Positions 1-9,474 of a DNA stretch of 51,324 nt are shown here, piece after piece. The stretch covers positions 1 through 51,324 of the IMG/VR virus record IMGVR_UViG_3300027863_000005; one strand, given 5' to 3'. The stretch's first letter is position 1; every line of letters starts with the position of its first letter. The position numbers and the translations under genes are program-made. Below the pieces are notes generated by a model, which saw only the letters and a program-made list of their open reading frames with translations, was not told the DNA's origin and ran no database searches. Origin of the DNA: a virus.

Positions 1-127
1 GGCCGTAGAGGCCTTCTGGGACGAACTGGTGGTGCTATCGGACCCCCGCAGGGACTATGTCCCTGTGCGGGCTGTCCGGATGGCGCTGGAGGCCGCGCGG
101 GGAGTGAAGGAGACAGTGGCCAAGGCC
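1..127. repeat. Terminal direct repeat, copy A (identical to 51198..51324); indicates a circular or terminally redundant assembly
   Basis: Read base by base: ggccgtagaggccttctggg...gacagtggccaaggcc is present at both contig ends, 127 of 127 identical. Confidence 0.97.
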
Positions 128-265
128 GAAGGGGGTCAGGCTGTGCTGGAGTATATTGCTGTCATCGGTCTGATTGCCCTGGTGTTCTTCTTGGCGGCCT
201 CCTGGTTGTTGGGGGACCCGGGGATTCTGGAGCGGGTCAGGTCTGCGCTCCAGATTATCCCGTAG
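2..265 (+). CDS. Small membrane protein with Flp-pilin-like motif, 3' part of the junction-spanning ORF
   Basis: Same frame as 51133 (position 1 is the third base of a codon). Contains GG-QAVLEY followed by a roughly 20-residue hydrophobic helix. Confidence 0.6.
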   Translation, partial: AVEAFWDELVVLSDPRRDYVPVRAVRMALEAARGVKETVAKAEGGQAVLEYIAVIGLIALVFFLAASWLLGDPGILERVRSALQIIP

Positions 266-427
266 CCTGACCGTCTGCAAATAACCGTATCTGGGAGGTG
301 GTCGGCAATTGTAGGTTGGGGGTTTGCGGCCCCCTGGCGGTGCCATCGGGCAGGCGGTGGCACTGCCAGTAAAACACATCAGAAAAAAACTGCGGTCGCC
401 TGCCCGGCCGCAGAATTCACGAATGAG

Positions 428-452
428 CCGCCAGGCACCGGCGGGCTTTTTT
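428..452 (+). terminator. Weak candidate rho-independent terminator
   Basis: CCGCC-aggcacc-GGCGG stem followed by gcTTTTTTg. The stem is only 5 bp. Confidence 0.3.
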
Positions 453-689
453 GTTGCAGATTACCCGGCTGCCAACGCTCTGCAGGGCAGAGCAAGCGGC
501 GGGGACAGCAAAAGCATCAAGAATTCTGACCAAAATCCCGGCTGAATTTGGCCAAAGAATTCGGCCGGAAGCGGGGCCAGCATCAACGGGTCTGACGCTG
601 GCCTTTTTCAAAAAGGTGACCAGAAGTAAAAAAGAAGAAACCCGGGAAGAAGCCCGGACAGAATTGGCCCACCACAGGAGGAAGAAAAA

Positions 690-1793
690 ATGAAAAAGAG
701 ACTGGGCGAACTCAGGCTGGAAACCAGCCTGAAAACATACATCAAGGCTGGAATCCCCGTAATCATCTGGGGGCCCCCGGGCGTGGGCAAGACGGCTGCG
801 GTTTACGCCACGGCCCGCCGGATGGAGGCGAAACAGGTCGTGGTTATCGCCTCCATCCGGGAACCGGTTGACTTTCTTGGGGTTCCTGTCCCTGACCCCA
901 ATCGGGCGGTGTTCCATTATGCTGCGCCCGACTGGGCAGCGAAAGTCAGGGAGTGGTCAGATGAGGGTCACCATGTTCTGGTGGTGTTTGACGACCTGGT
1001 CACTGCCAGAACTGAGGTGACCAATGCTCTGCTCCGGGTCATCCTGGAGCGAGTAGTCGGCGAAATAGAATTAGGGGAGAACGCCCATATCATCGCAACA
1101 GCCAACCCACCTGAGATGGTGGGTGGCTTTCCTATTTCGCCTGCGCTGTCAAACAGATTTGGTCATCTGCACGTTGAGGTAACAGCCCAGTTCATCAGGG
1201 ACTGGTGCGACCAGTTCCCGACATATTGGGGCAGCGAACCGACTCTTGCAGTGGACCCGAATGAGTGGCGGCTGGCAAGAGCGCTGGTCGCCACATTCAT
1301 CCGCTCCCGCCCCCAACTGCTGTTCAAACACATGGAGGGTGAACTTGCTTTCCCCAGCCCCCGTTCGTGGGACTTCGTTTCTCGCGTCCTGGCGGCTGCG
1401 GACGGTTTTGACTTCCAGGCCGTAGCAGGGCTGATTGGAGAGCCGGCCGCAACAGAGTTTGAGGCCTGGTTCAACGAGATGGACCTGCCGTCCCCTGAGG
1501 AGATTCTTGCCAATCCAGCAATTGTCCTCCGCCTGGAGAGAACAGACCAGAAGTTCGCTGCCATCACCGCCACGGTTGCACTGGTCTGCGGTCTACCGCC
1601 GAAGGAGGCGGCAAAGCACTGGATGGCAGCGCAATCCGCTGTCAATCTGCTGGCGGAGAATGGCGACATAGACATCGCCATGCCGTCGGCAGTACGGCTG
1701 GCGGAGTACTACTTCAAGCGGGGGCTGGGAATCCTGCCGGGCATTAGCCTGGCAGAACGTCTCATCGCTCCCATCCGCGAGACCGGTCTGTGA
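690..1793 (+). CDS. MoxR-like AAA+ ATPase (AAA_5 type)
   Basis: Walker A GPPGVGKT, Walker B VLVVFDDL, sensor-1-like IIATANP, ALSNRFG (the aLLdRF motif of MoxR ATPases). RBS CAGGAGGAAG upstream of ATG 690. Confidence 0.85.
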   Translation: MKKRLGELRLETSLKTYIKAGIPVIIWGPPGVGKTAAVYATARRMEAKQVVVIASIREPVDFLGVPVPDPNRAVFHYAAPDWAAKVREWSDEGHHVLVVFDDLVTARTEVTNALLRVILERVVGEIELGENAHIIATANPPEMVGGFPISPALSNRFGHLHVEVTAQFIRDWCDQFPTYWGSEPTLAVDPNEWRLARALVATFIRSRPQLLFKHMEGELAFPSPRSWDFVSRVLAAADGFDFQAVAGLIGEPAATEFEAWFNEMDLPSPEEILANPAIVLRLERTDQKFAAITATVALVCGLPPKEAAKHWMAAQSAVNLLAENGDIDIAMPSAVRLAEYYFKRGLGILPGISLAERLIAPIRETGL

Positions 1794-1808
1794 TTGAAGG
1801 GGGCAAAG

Positions 1809-2957
1809 ATGAACGAGACGCTGGAAAAAATCCGCGCGGCCCGCGCGGCCCTGGTCAGGAAGCGGCCATATATGGCACAGGCCATCATCAGGCCGGTGGT
1901 CGTCACCGACCAGGTGCCAACAATGGCCGTGGACCAGGACTGGAATATGTACGCCAACACCGATTTCGTGGCCAGCATCAGCCTGCCCGAACTGGCAGGC
2001 GTCGTTTACCACGAAGCCCTTCACCTGGTCTTGGACCACGCCAGGCGGGGGCAAATGGCGGTTCCCCACTTCGGCAAGGAAGTATGGGGGCTGGCCACAG
2101 AACTGGAGATAAACTCCCGTATCTTGTCGGAGGGTTTCCCCCTGCCGGGGGACCCTCCGACTCCACAAAAATGTGGCTTCCCAGAAGGCCTCACAGCGGA
2201 AGAGTATGCAGAACTTCTATCAAGGAAGCAGAGTAAACAGAAGACAGGCAGCCAGAGCGCCGACGAAGGGTCAGGAGTGGACGGCATCCCCAGGCCCTGG
2301 GAAATTGGCTCCCCTCTTGAGCCCATTGACCCTGAGGCGGCAGTCAGGACAATAGCGAGGTCTGTACTGGAAGCCAGAAAGACCGAGAGCCCGGCCGCAG
2401 GCACCGTGCCCGGCCACCTGGTCAGGTGGGCCGAAACCGTGCTCAAAGTAAAAGCGGATACTGTCCAGGCTCTGGTGCAACGCTTTGCATCTACCCTCTC
2501 CTCTTTGGGGATGGCCCCAACCTGGATGCGGACCAACCGCAGGGCCGCATGGACCAGCCTGCGCATCCCCGGTCACCAGGGGAAAAAGGTCCACATCGCC
2601 ATCGTGCTGGACACATCCGCCAGCATGACAGACGACGATGTGGCTCGCGGGGTGCGGCTGGTAACACAACTGGCCAGCAGTGCCGGGGCGGAAGTGGACG
2701 TCCTCTGCGTTGACGCAGAGGTCCACTCTGTCCAGCGGGGCGTGACCGGCACAACGAAGATTACACCTGTCGGCGGCGGGGGTACCGACATGAGAGTTGG
2801 CATAGAGGAAGCCGCCAGGCTGTCCCCGGACGTCATCGTGGTCTTTACGGACGGTGAAACACCCTGGCCGGAAAAACGGCCAGCAAAGGCAGTCATCGTC
2901 GCCCTGACCGCAGATAACGATGTGCCACCCTGGGCACAGAAAGTTGTCATCAAGTAA
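1809..2957 (+). CDS. VWA-domain protein with N-terminal HExxH metallopeptidase-like domain (DUF2201-type MoxR partner)
   Basis: HEALH (VVYHEALHLVLDH) in the N-terminal half. MIDAS-like DxSxS (IAIVLDTSASM) in the C-terminal half. ATG 1809 follows GAAGGGGG; the ORF-track start at 1794 is TTG. Confidence 0.8.
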   Translation: MNETLEKIRAARAALVRKRPYMAQAIIRPVVVTDQVPTMAVDQDWNMYANTDFVASISLPELAGVVYHEALHLVLDHARRGQMAVPHFGKEVWGLATELEINSRILSEGFPLPGDPPTPQKCGFPEGLTAEEYAELLSRKQSKQKTGSQSADEGSGVDGIPRPWEIGSPLEPIDPEAAVRTIARSVLEARKTESPAAGTVPGHLVRWAETVLKVKADTVQALVQRFASTLSSLGMAPTWMRTNRRAAWTSLRIPGHQGKKVHIAIVLDTSASMTDDDVARGVRLVTQLASSAGAEVDVLCVDAEVHSVQRGVTGTTKITPVGGGGTDMRVGIEEAARLSPDVIVVFTDGETPWPEKRPAKAVIVALTADNDVPPWAQKVVIK

Positions 2958-2969
2958 GCAGGGGGAAAA

Positions 2970-3740
2970 ATGGGCATCAGAGCAAGACAGGCCCGACAAG
3001 TGCTGTCAGTACTCCTGGACGCTGCCACCAATGCGTTAACACCAACCTGGCCATTAGTCAGGCCTGATATTGACCAGATGGAAATCGGCCTGCCAAGACT
3101 GGCCAGGCGGGTTCTCTGGCCCGACAAAGACCACTACGACAGAGCAGTGGTGGTGGATGACCGGTCATCCCATAGCGTCCATCTGATGGATGACCACCTG
3201 GAAACACTGGTCAGCATCCAAAGGGTCAGAAAGGCCATTGCTTCCTGTCAGAAAGCAATGGACAACGCGATGAAGCGGGCAGCAATCCTTCTCGACTCTG
3301 CTCCTGAAGCAAAGAGAAGGCTGGAAAGCGAGTTAAATGCCCTCCTTCTTGCTGGTGCAGAACTGCCCGATGTGCGGGCTGACCATAGACTGCTTCTCCC
3401 CCTTGCATGGAGAATCAGCAAGTTGAAGCGACTCAGCCTGACCCAGGGTATGGTTGCCAGACTGGTGACCGGGTTGGTCACCAGCCAGATAATGCATGAG
3501 GTGGACCTGAATATTAAATTGAGTTATGGGTATTTGGTCTGCACGATTGTGTGTGAATATTACAAACTCGGACTGACACTCAAGCCGCCAAAAATTGCAG
3601 TCACTCTGAATGGCCTCACCGTCGGTGACCCGTTCAAGGAACTGCCCGTAATAGCAAAGTCTGTCCCAGAGCCCTACTGGGCAGTCAAAGCAATGGATTT
3701 CCTGGACCAAATTCTGGAGAATTTACAGGAGGAAGAGTGA
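2970..3740 (+). CDS. WP-motif paralogue 1 of 10 (unknown function)
   Basis: PTWPL...RRVLWPD near the N-terminus; central LNALLLAGAELP...LLLPLAW; C-terminal NLQEEE. RBS AGGGGGA. Confidence 0.8.
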   Translation: MGIRARQARQVLSVLLDAATNALTPTWPLVRPDIDQMEIGLPRLARRVLWPDKDHYDRAVVVDDRSSHSVHLMDDHLETLVSIQRVRKAIASCQKAMDNAMKRAAILLDSAPEAKRRLESELNALLLAGAELPDVRADHRLLLPLAWRISKLKRLSLTQGMVARLVTGLVTSQIMHEVDLNIKLSYGYLVCTIVCEYYKLGLTLKPPKIAVTLNGLTVGDPFKELPVIAKSVPEPYWAVKAMDFLDQILENLQEEE

Positions 3741-4510
3741 TGAACCTGTGGAAGGAACTGGAACTTGCCGCTGCAGCAGCAACGTGTTTCTTCTTCCCGA
3801 ACCCGCCAGTGGGCAAACTGCCCGACAAAAGGCAGTTGTCAGCCCGTTTTCACTGGCCGGGCCACCAGCGCTCGTCAACCCGGCCAGGAATCGCGCTGAC
3901 AGTCGTTGCGGACGAAAGCGGGAATGTCCTGCCCGGCTTGCTGGAATTCGTGGACGATTTTGACCGCGACGCGATGCTCTCTGCCATTGACGAATGCTAT
4001 GCAATCGCAGAAAGGCGGCGGGAAGAAAGCCGTCAGATGGCGGAGCAGGCCCGGCAGGAACTGGATGCACTCCGGAAAACCGTGAAGTTCGGCCTGCTGG
4101 CCGGGATTGTGCCGGAAAACTATGCCATCGCAATGGAAGATAACGACTGGCTTGGCATCGCAGCCACGTTCATCGTGGTGGAGCAGGTGCGACGCCTCAG
4201 CGCAAAAGCCCGGGGTGCCTGGCCAATCTTCATGGTATGGCCAGATGCTTACATGCTCCCATGCACCAACGCCGAACTGCTTCTCCATTTCAGAGGCGAT
4301 GACTACCCCAGCCAGACGGCTTTCCGCTTTGACATCACCAGACCACCGATTTACGAAATTATCTACCATCCACCGCTCTGGACGCCATCCGGCATCCTGG
4401 ATGTGCTGAGCCGCCTCGGCCTTCTGCTGGCCTCTGATGAGCCACCTGAGTACGCAGACCCGGTGACTGCTATCGGGTCCAGCAACTGGCCCAGATGGTA
4501 TGAATGGTGA
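3740..4510 (+). CDS. WP-motif paralogue 2 of 10 (divergent)
   Basis: ARFHWPG and central FGLLAGIVP. ATG 3740 overlaps the stop of paralogue 1 (TGATG) behind CAGGAGGAAG. First WP motif replaced by FFPNPP. Confidence 0.7.
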   Translation: MNLWKELELAAAAATCFFFPNPPVGKLPDKRQLSARFHWPGHQRSSTRPGIALTVVADESGNVLPGLLEFVDDFDRDAMLSAIDECYAIAERRREESRQMAEQARQELDALRKTVKFGLLAGIVPENYAIAMEDNDWLGIAATFIVVEQVRRLSAKARGAWPIFMVWPDAYMLPCTNAELLLHFRGDDYPSQTAFRFDITRPPIYEIIYHPPLWTPSGILDVLSRLGLLLASDEPPEYADPVTAIGSSNWPRWYEW

Positions 4511-4614
4511 AATTGCAGTGACAGCCAGTGGAGAACTTGTGCTCCTATCACGGGCCTGATGCCTGAGAGCCCAGCCATAAATTGGCCGAATTTTCCGCAG
4601 CCTGGAGGAGAGAG

Positions 4615-5400
4615 ATGGTGGAAGAACTTGTGGAAGAATTTGCGAACTTGCTTCGGGAGTATGTCCGCCCGGTCTGGCCAGCCGTTGAGCCTGTCTGGCC
4701 AGAACAGCCGATAGAGGTGGGAGAAAACCTCATCTGGCCAGGCCCGCCGGGGCTCGCAGTACTTGAGTTTGTGGACGGCCTGGCCGTTGATAACGTCCGT
4801 GGTGTGCTGGCCGTTGACACCGGGTGGGTGCTGGGACCCACCTCCCTGCCACTGAACCCACTCCGACACCGGCTTGACCACCGCCTTCTCCACGCCATTT
4901 CCTGGCTCCGCCTGGCAATTGACCAGAAGAAAGTCACGTCAAAAGAGAAGGCCGCCCAGCACCCCAAACTGACCAGGCGCATTCGCACTCTCTATGAAAC
5001 TGCTGTTATCGCCGGCATCGTGCCGGCCCAGGCTCTGCCCGGCCCAGCCGCCGCCTGCGCGGCACTTGTGGCATTTCACGAGACAGTAAAATCTGTCTGC
5101 GCGGCGTGCCACAATGCCACTGCCACGCCGCCATGGCTTCCAGTCTCTCCAACACCAGAGTGGTGCCCCGCACAGAAGAACCGGCTTGGCAGCCCGGTCA
5201 CCCGGTTCGGCAATTGGGGCTCTGTTTCCCTCTCCCTCTGCAGATTTTATTTTAAGTCGCCGACCTTCAGCACCGGCGCACCAGAAACCACCTGGCGCCG
5301 GTACATCGGAGTCGGGACACCACGCTCTGCCTCAGCGGTGGTAAATGCCATCCTGCGCGAGAAGGAAAGGTGGGAAGCATGCATCGTCGGCAAACGCTGA
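4615..5400 (+). CDS. WP-motif paralogue 3 of 10 (atypical C-terminal half, possibly degenerate)
   Basis: RPVWPAVEPVWPEQ...LIWPG and TAVIAGIVP present. After about residue 150 the sequence is Pro/Ser/Trp/Cys-rich and lacks the family C-terminus. It is the only member with non-coding gaps on both sides. ATG 4615 follows GGAGGAG; the track start at 4582 is TTG. Confidence 0.55.
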   Translation: MVEELVEEFANLLREYVRPVWPAVEPVWPEQPIEVGENLIWPGPPGLAVLEFVDGLAVDNVRGVLAVDTGWVLGPTSLPLNPLRHRLDHRLLHAISWLRLAIDQKKVTSKEKAAQHPKLTRRIRTLYETAVIAGIVPAQALPGPAAACAALVAFHETVKSVCAACHNATATPPWLPVSPTPEWCPAQKNRLGSPVTRFGNWGSVSLSLCRFYFKSPTFSTGAPETTWRRYIGVGTPRSASAVVNAILREKERWEACIVGKR

Positions 5401-5451
5401 TTCCAGAAAGCCGGAAAGCGACACGGACACCTGAAGACATGGAGGTGCAGA

Positions 5452-6312
5452 ATGGCAAACGGTACCAGGTTCGTTGAGTTCTCCCCGCTCTCAATCGTCA
5501 TCATCCGCGAATTCCAGGACCACGCGAAAAAACTCTCACTCCTGCTCAGGGCCTGGCCGCCGATTCAACTGAAACTGGACGGGGGCGGCCAGTTCGTCCT
5601 CGGCAGGATTGAAGAGTACGATACATACGAAGTGCGCTGGCCTGCAACCAGCGGAACAACCAGCGACGACACGGCATTCGCTGTGTCCCATATCACGCTG
5701 ACCCGCCCGGACGGGCACACAAGAATTGACGCAGTGGACAAACTGATGAACTGCCGGGAGGTCTGCCCGGACATCATTATCGCGGCAATCAAGTACTGCA
5801 GCCAACTCATTGAAAAAGCGGAAAAGAAACGGGCAGAAACCAGCCAGGAACTCAGCCAACTTAAGGCCGAGTTGGACCACCTGCGGCTCGCCGGGCTGGT
5901 ACCCGCAAAACCCAATGAGAACGAACTGCTGTACCCTGTGGCTCACGCGTTGCTGGCCGCCAGGGATGGCAAATACACCAGCCAGTCGGTCAGGAAAATC
6001 GTCACAGACGCACTTGACGGTCACGGCGTCGCCATCACGTCTGTGACCGTGTCTCGCCCTGGTTCTCGGTTCCTCCGCATTGTTGTCCATGCTGGCAAAG
6101 TCTGCATCCACATCACAGTGGATGAACTGCACCCGTCCGGAGAAGCCTACGCCTACATCGTCCTGCCTGACGAGATGCTCTCATCTGCCATAGACGAATA
6201 TGACATCCGTTCTGTGGCTGGCGCCCTCGCCAGGGTGCTCTTTACCCCCGGCGAGGCACTGCTGGCAAAGAATGTCGCCGCTGCATTGGTCACATACCAG
6301 GAGGAGCAATGA
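5452..6312 (+). CDS. WP-motif paralogue 4 of 10
   Basis: LLRAWPP...EVRWPA; central LRLAGLVP...LLYPVA; C-terminal YQEEQ. RBS GGAGGTGCAGA. Confidence 0.8.
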   Translation: MANGTRFVEFSPLSIVIIREFQDHAKKLSLLLRAWPPIQLKLDGGGQFVLGRIEEYDTYEVRWPATSGTTSDDTAFAVSHITLTRPDGHTRIDAVDKLMNCREVCPDIIIAAIKYCSQLIEKAEKKRAETSQELSQLKAELDHLRLAGLVPAKPNENELLYPVAHALLAARDGKYTSQSVRKIVTDALDGHGVAITSVTVSRPGSRFLRIVVHAGKVCIHITVDELHPSGEAYAYIVLPDEMLSSAIDEYDIRSVAGALARVLFTPGEALLAKNVAAALVTYQEEQ

Positions 6313-7088
6313 AACGCCTTGAGAAACTGTATGAACTGGCCCAGGAAATCACCGTCCGGCGCTGGCCACCTGTCTACCCAACATTGCCAGCGCAGGACTT
6401 CACCATCGGCTATTACGTTGACGGAAGTCCGGTAGTCTGGCCGTCGCGCCAACTGGACTTCCCGGACGCATGGTTAAGTGTCACTGTCGGAACGCACGCT
6501 GTAGAAATCTGCATGGAGTGCACCGCCGATGTTGAATGGGACGATTCCGCCATCAATGCGGCGGTCAGGTTTGCCGAGAACACTGTCAGAGACCTGGGGG
6601 AAACGTGGAGAGCCAGGCTGAATATCGGCGACATTGCAGAACTTGAAAAGCAAGCCAACGCGCTCCTGCTCTCCGGTCTTATCCGCCCGGACTGGCGGCC
6701 GGGGTTCAACCTCCTGGCCCCGGCAGTCTGGGCACTACGCCGGCTGGACAGGCATTGGGGTGGTAATGACGTCAGGCGTGCTGCGCTTGGCGCACTGCAG
6801 GGCGGCCTGCGATTCAGTGGTGTGTCTGTGTTCTTCAACTACGACCACAGGCCTGCAACGACCCAGTTTTTTATCGCAGATAACCTGTCAGTCCAATTCC
6901 TGGGCACATGGGACTCGGCACGTGTTTCTGTAGTGCTATCCATCGGACAGGACGACCAGGAATTCATCTGCGACTTCACACAGGACGTATTGTCCAATGT
7001 CGTTGCTGAAGTCTGCAGGCTCCCGTATGAAGTAACTGCCCTGGCCGAGACCGCCAACCAACTTTACGCCTTACTGGAGGGGAGATGA
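6309..7088 (+). CDS. WP-motif paralogue 5 of 10
   Basis: VRRWPP...PVVWPS; central ANALLLSGLI...LLAPAV. ATGA overlap with paralogue 4. Confidence 0.8.
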   Translation: MKRLEKLYELAQEITVRRWPPVYPTLPAQDFTIGYYVDGSPVVWPSRQLDFPDAWLSVTVGTHAVEICMECTADVEWDDSAINAAVRFAENTVRDLGETWRARLNIGDIAELEKQANALLLSGLIRPDWRPGFNLLAPAVWALRRLDRHWGGNDVRRAALGALQGGLRFSGVSVFFNYDHRPATTQFFIADNLSVQFLGTWDSARVSVVLSIGQDDQEFICDFTQDVLSNVVAEVCRLPYEVTALAETANQLYALLEGR

Positions 7089-7876
7089 CAGTTGAAGAGT
7101 TTCTCGCTGCCACACTTGAAGTCGTAAAACTCCGGTGGCCCGTTGGCAGGCCATCGCCCGGCCTGCCCATACAGAGGGCCATTGGTACGTATCGCAGCGC
7201 AGACATACTGTGGCCCATCAGAGGGGCCACACTGGACAGGCTGGACCTCGTGGAGGTCAATGGCGTCCCGTACCATATCAGCAAGTTCGCTTCGTACGTT
7301 GACGAATTCTCTCTGTCGTGTGCAGCATCAGCCTGCCTGGGCCTTGCTCAAAATCTTGACTTCCAGTCCGCCAGGCTCCGCGAGATGGAGCACTCCAGCC
7401 TTGAACTCCTTGAGAATGAAGCAACGGCCGTACTGCTCACTTACCCCGACGCCGCACAGGTGCCCCAGTGCCTTGTCCCGCTTCTCCCTGTTGCTGCAAG
7501 TATTCGTGCACTCCAGGAACTGGAAGTCCCGGCAAGCAGAATCGCCGGGCTGATAACCGCAATCCTGGGCCGTGAAATCTACCCCTCGCGCGTCAGGATT
7601 GAGTCCACCATAACGGGAACAGAAGCGACTATCAATGTCTGGCAAAATTTCAACTTCGGGTGGGCAGTGCTCCACACCAGCATGCTCTACACGGACCGCG
7701 TGAGAGTGTACATGACAGCGCTCCTGCCAGAAGGCCGGGAGTATTCGCTTGACGCAGGGCTTCCGACAGTGGTGCGTCACCTCGCTGAACTTGCGCCTTC
7801 ACCAGATGAAGCGGTATCACTCCTGAACAGACTCAACTACCTGATTGCATACTTTAGCCAGGAGGAGGGGGAATGA
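7085..7876 (+). CDS. WP-motif paralogue 6 of 10
   Basis: KLRWPV...DILWPI; central ATAVLLTY...LLPVAA; C-terminal SQEEGE. ATGA overlap. Confidence 0.8.
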   Translation: MTVEEFLAATLEVVKLRWPVGRPSPGLPIQRAIGTYRSADILWPIRGATLDRLDLVEVNGVPYHISKFASYVDEFSLSCAASACLGLAQNLDFQSARLREMEHSSLELLENEATAVLLTYPDAAQVPQCLVPLLPVAASIRALQELEVPASRIAGLITAILGREIYPSRVRIESTITGTEATINVWQNFNFGWAVLHTSMLYTDRVRVYMTALLPEGREYSLDAGLPTVVRHLAELAPSPDEAVSLLNRLNYLIAYFSQEEGE

Positions 7877-8670
7877 ATACCGAGACCAGTACGCCGCTTT
7901 CTACGCTGCTTTCGGCGGCCAGGGAAGTGATGAAACCCCGCTGGCCAAAGCCAGACGTCATCGCATATCACCTGCCAGGCGAACGTGATGTATCGCGTAC
8001 GCCCACAAGAATTCTCTGGCCTGGTTACAAGGAGCGCATGGACCTGCATGGCATACTGTACTTCAGAGCAGGCACCATTGTTGCTATTGAGAACGCAGAG
8101 CACCTTGAACCAATGCTGGACAGCAAATCGCTGCTGGCGGCCGCCAGGGAGTGTAGCAACCTGGCCGCAAAACTGGACGGCATGGCACAGACCATTCGTG
8201 ACCGCCAGAAAGCCGAACTGGCCTGCCTGGTTGAAGAGGCATCTGCGCTGGTGCTGGCTGGGCTTGCGAATGGGCTGGAGGGGGCCTTTTTCCCGCTTCT
8301 CCCGGTTGTCCATCGCATGCTGACCACAACATACGCACCCCCAGATGCAATCAGGAAACTTGCATCTGACATCATCATGCGCAGGCACCCGCTGAATGTC
8401 CGTGTGGAAAGCAGGCCTGAAAGCACCAGCCACTCCATAGACATCACCGTCTTTCAGGCCGGGGATGCAAGCCTGCACATGCTGGCAGAGGTGCACCGGG
8501 AGACAGCAAGGATTTCATGGCAGGTAGTTACGCAGAGCGGTGTCAGGTTAATCCGTGGCGATGCATCTGGGGCAATCGCTGTTGGCGATGTGTGCAGAAC
8601 ACCTCATGAGGCGCTTACACTAAAGATGCGCCTGGATACCATCATTCCGTACTGCAGAGGTGAAAGATGA
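7873..8670 (+). CDS. WP-motif paralogue 7 of 10
   Basis: KPRWPK...RILWPG; central ASALVLAGLA...LLPVV. ATGA overlap. Confidence 0.8.
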   Translation: MNTETSTPLSTLLSAAREVMKPRWPKPDVIAYHLPGERDVSRTPTRILWPGYKERMDLHGILYFRAGTIVAIENAEHLEPMLDSKSLLAAARECSNLAAKLDGMAQTIRDRQKAELACLVEEASALVLAGLANGLEGAFFPLLPVVHRMLTTTYAPPDAIRKLASDIIMRRHPLNVRVESRPESTSHSIDITVFQAGDASLHMLAEVHRETARISWQVVTQSGVRLIRGDASGAIAVGDVCRTPHEALTLKMRLDTIIPYCRGER

Positions 8671-9473
8671 AACAGATGATTGACGAATTCACAAAAGTTG
8701 CACACGAGGCTGCAAGGTGGGTGTGGCCCGCTGTGCATGTTCCACTGCCCCAAAGGAGAAGAATCGGAGGCACGCCCAAGCCGTCGTCGCTGTTCTGGCC
8801 TGGGCGGGAAGGACGTGACGGCCTGGAATATGTGACTGAACTGGGGGCTGCAAATTACACCTACTGGGTCGGCAATGCCATCGTCGCACAATATGCAACA
8901 CCGGATGCCATCACGACTGCAATAGACGAATGCAGGAAGGTTATCGCCGCAACCCAACATCAGTTGAGACTTGCAAGAGAGAGCGATGCGTACAGGCGCC
9001 TTGAACAGATGACGGACACTCTTGTTCTTTCTGGGGTAGTATCCCAAGACGCCCTCAGGGACCTGGGGGAGTTCAGGCTGCTTGTCGTCCCATGCTATTT
9101 GATGCACCGTATCCGCGCCAATGATGAACTGGATGGTCTACGAGTCAGAAGGCTCGTGGATGCAGCCATAAACGGCGAGATTGGGGACATAGAGGTCACC
9201 GTCTCGCGCGAAAACGGCGAACTCAGACGGGTGGTGGCCCGGGTCTACAAAGAAATCTGCGTGGTATTTCACTTCTGGGGCAGAACCTGGACATCGTACG
9301 CAGACTGCTGGTTTGGCATCCGGAACGATTTAGAAATGCGGGCATTCGGAGACTCGTACAGCGACCAGACCTGGCAACTTTCGCATGTATGCGAATCACC
9401 AGAAGAGGTTATTGAACTTATCAACGTTCTTGCAGAAGTGGGGCGGCTGCTTGAAATTGACACGGAGGATTAG
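8667..9473 (+). CDS. WP-motif paralogue 8 of 10
   Basis: RWVWPA...SLFWPG; central TDTLVLSGVV...LLVVPC; C-terminal EIDTED. ATGA overlap. Confidence 0.8.
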   Translation: MKQMIDEFTKVAHEAARWVWPAVHVPLPQRRRIGGTPKPSSLFWPGREGRDGLEYVTELGAANYTYWVGNAIVAQYATPDAITTAIDECRKVIAATQHQLRLARESDAYRRLEQMTDTLVLSGVVSQDALRDLGEFRLLVVPCYLMHRIRANDELDGLRVRRLVDAAINGEIGDIEVTVSRENGELRRVVARVYKEICVVFHFWGRTWTSYADCWFGIRNDLEMRAFGDSYSDQTWQLSHVCESPEEVIELINVLAEVGRLLEIDTED

Positions 9474-9474
9474 C

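Noticed and set aside
324-917. ORFs 324-545 (+), 451-693 (+) and 417-917 (-) in the region upstream of the MoxR gene.
   Set aside because: They overlap one another, are Arg/Pro/Gly-rich, have no SD, and one runs antisense into the MoxR gene start. I treat 266-689 as non-coding leader, although a small gene cannot be excluded.
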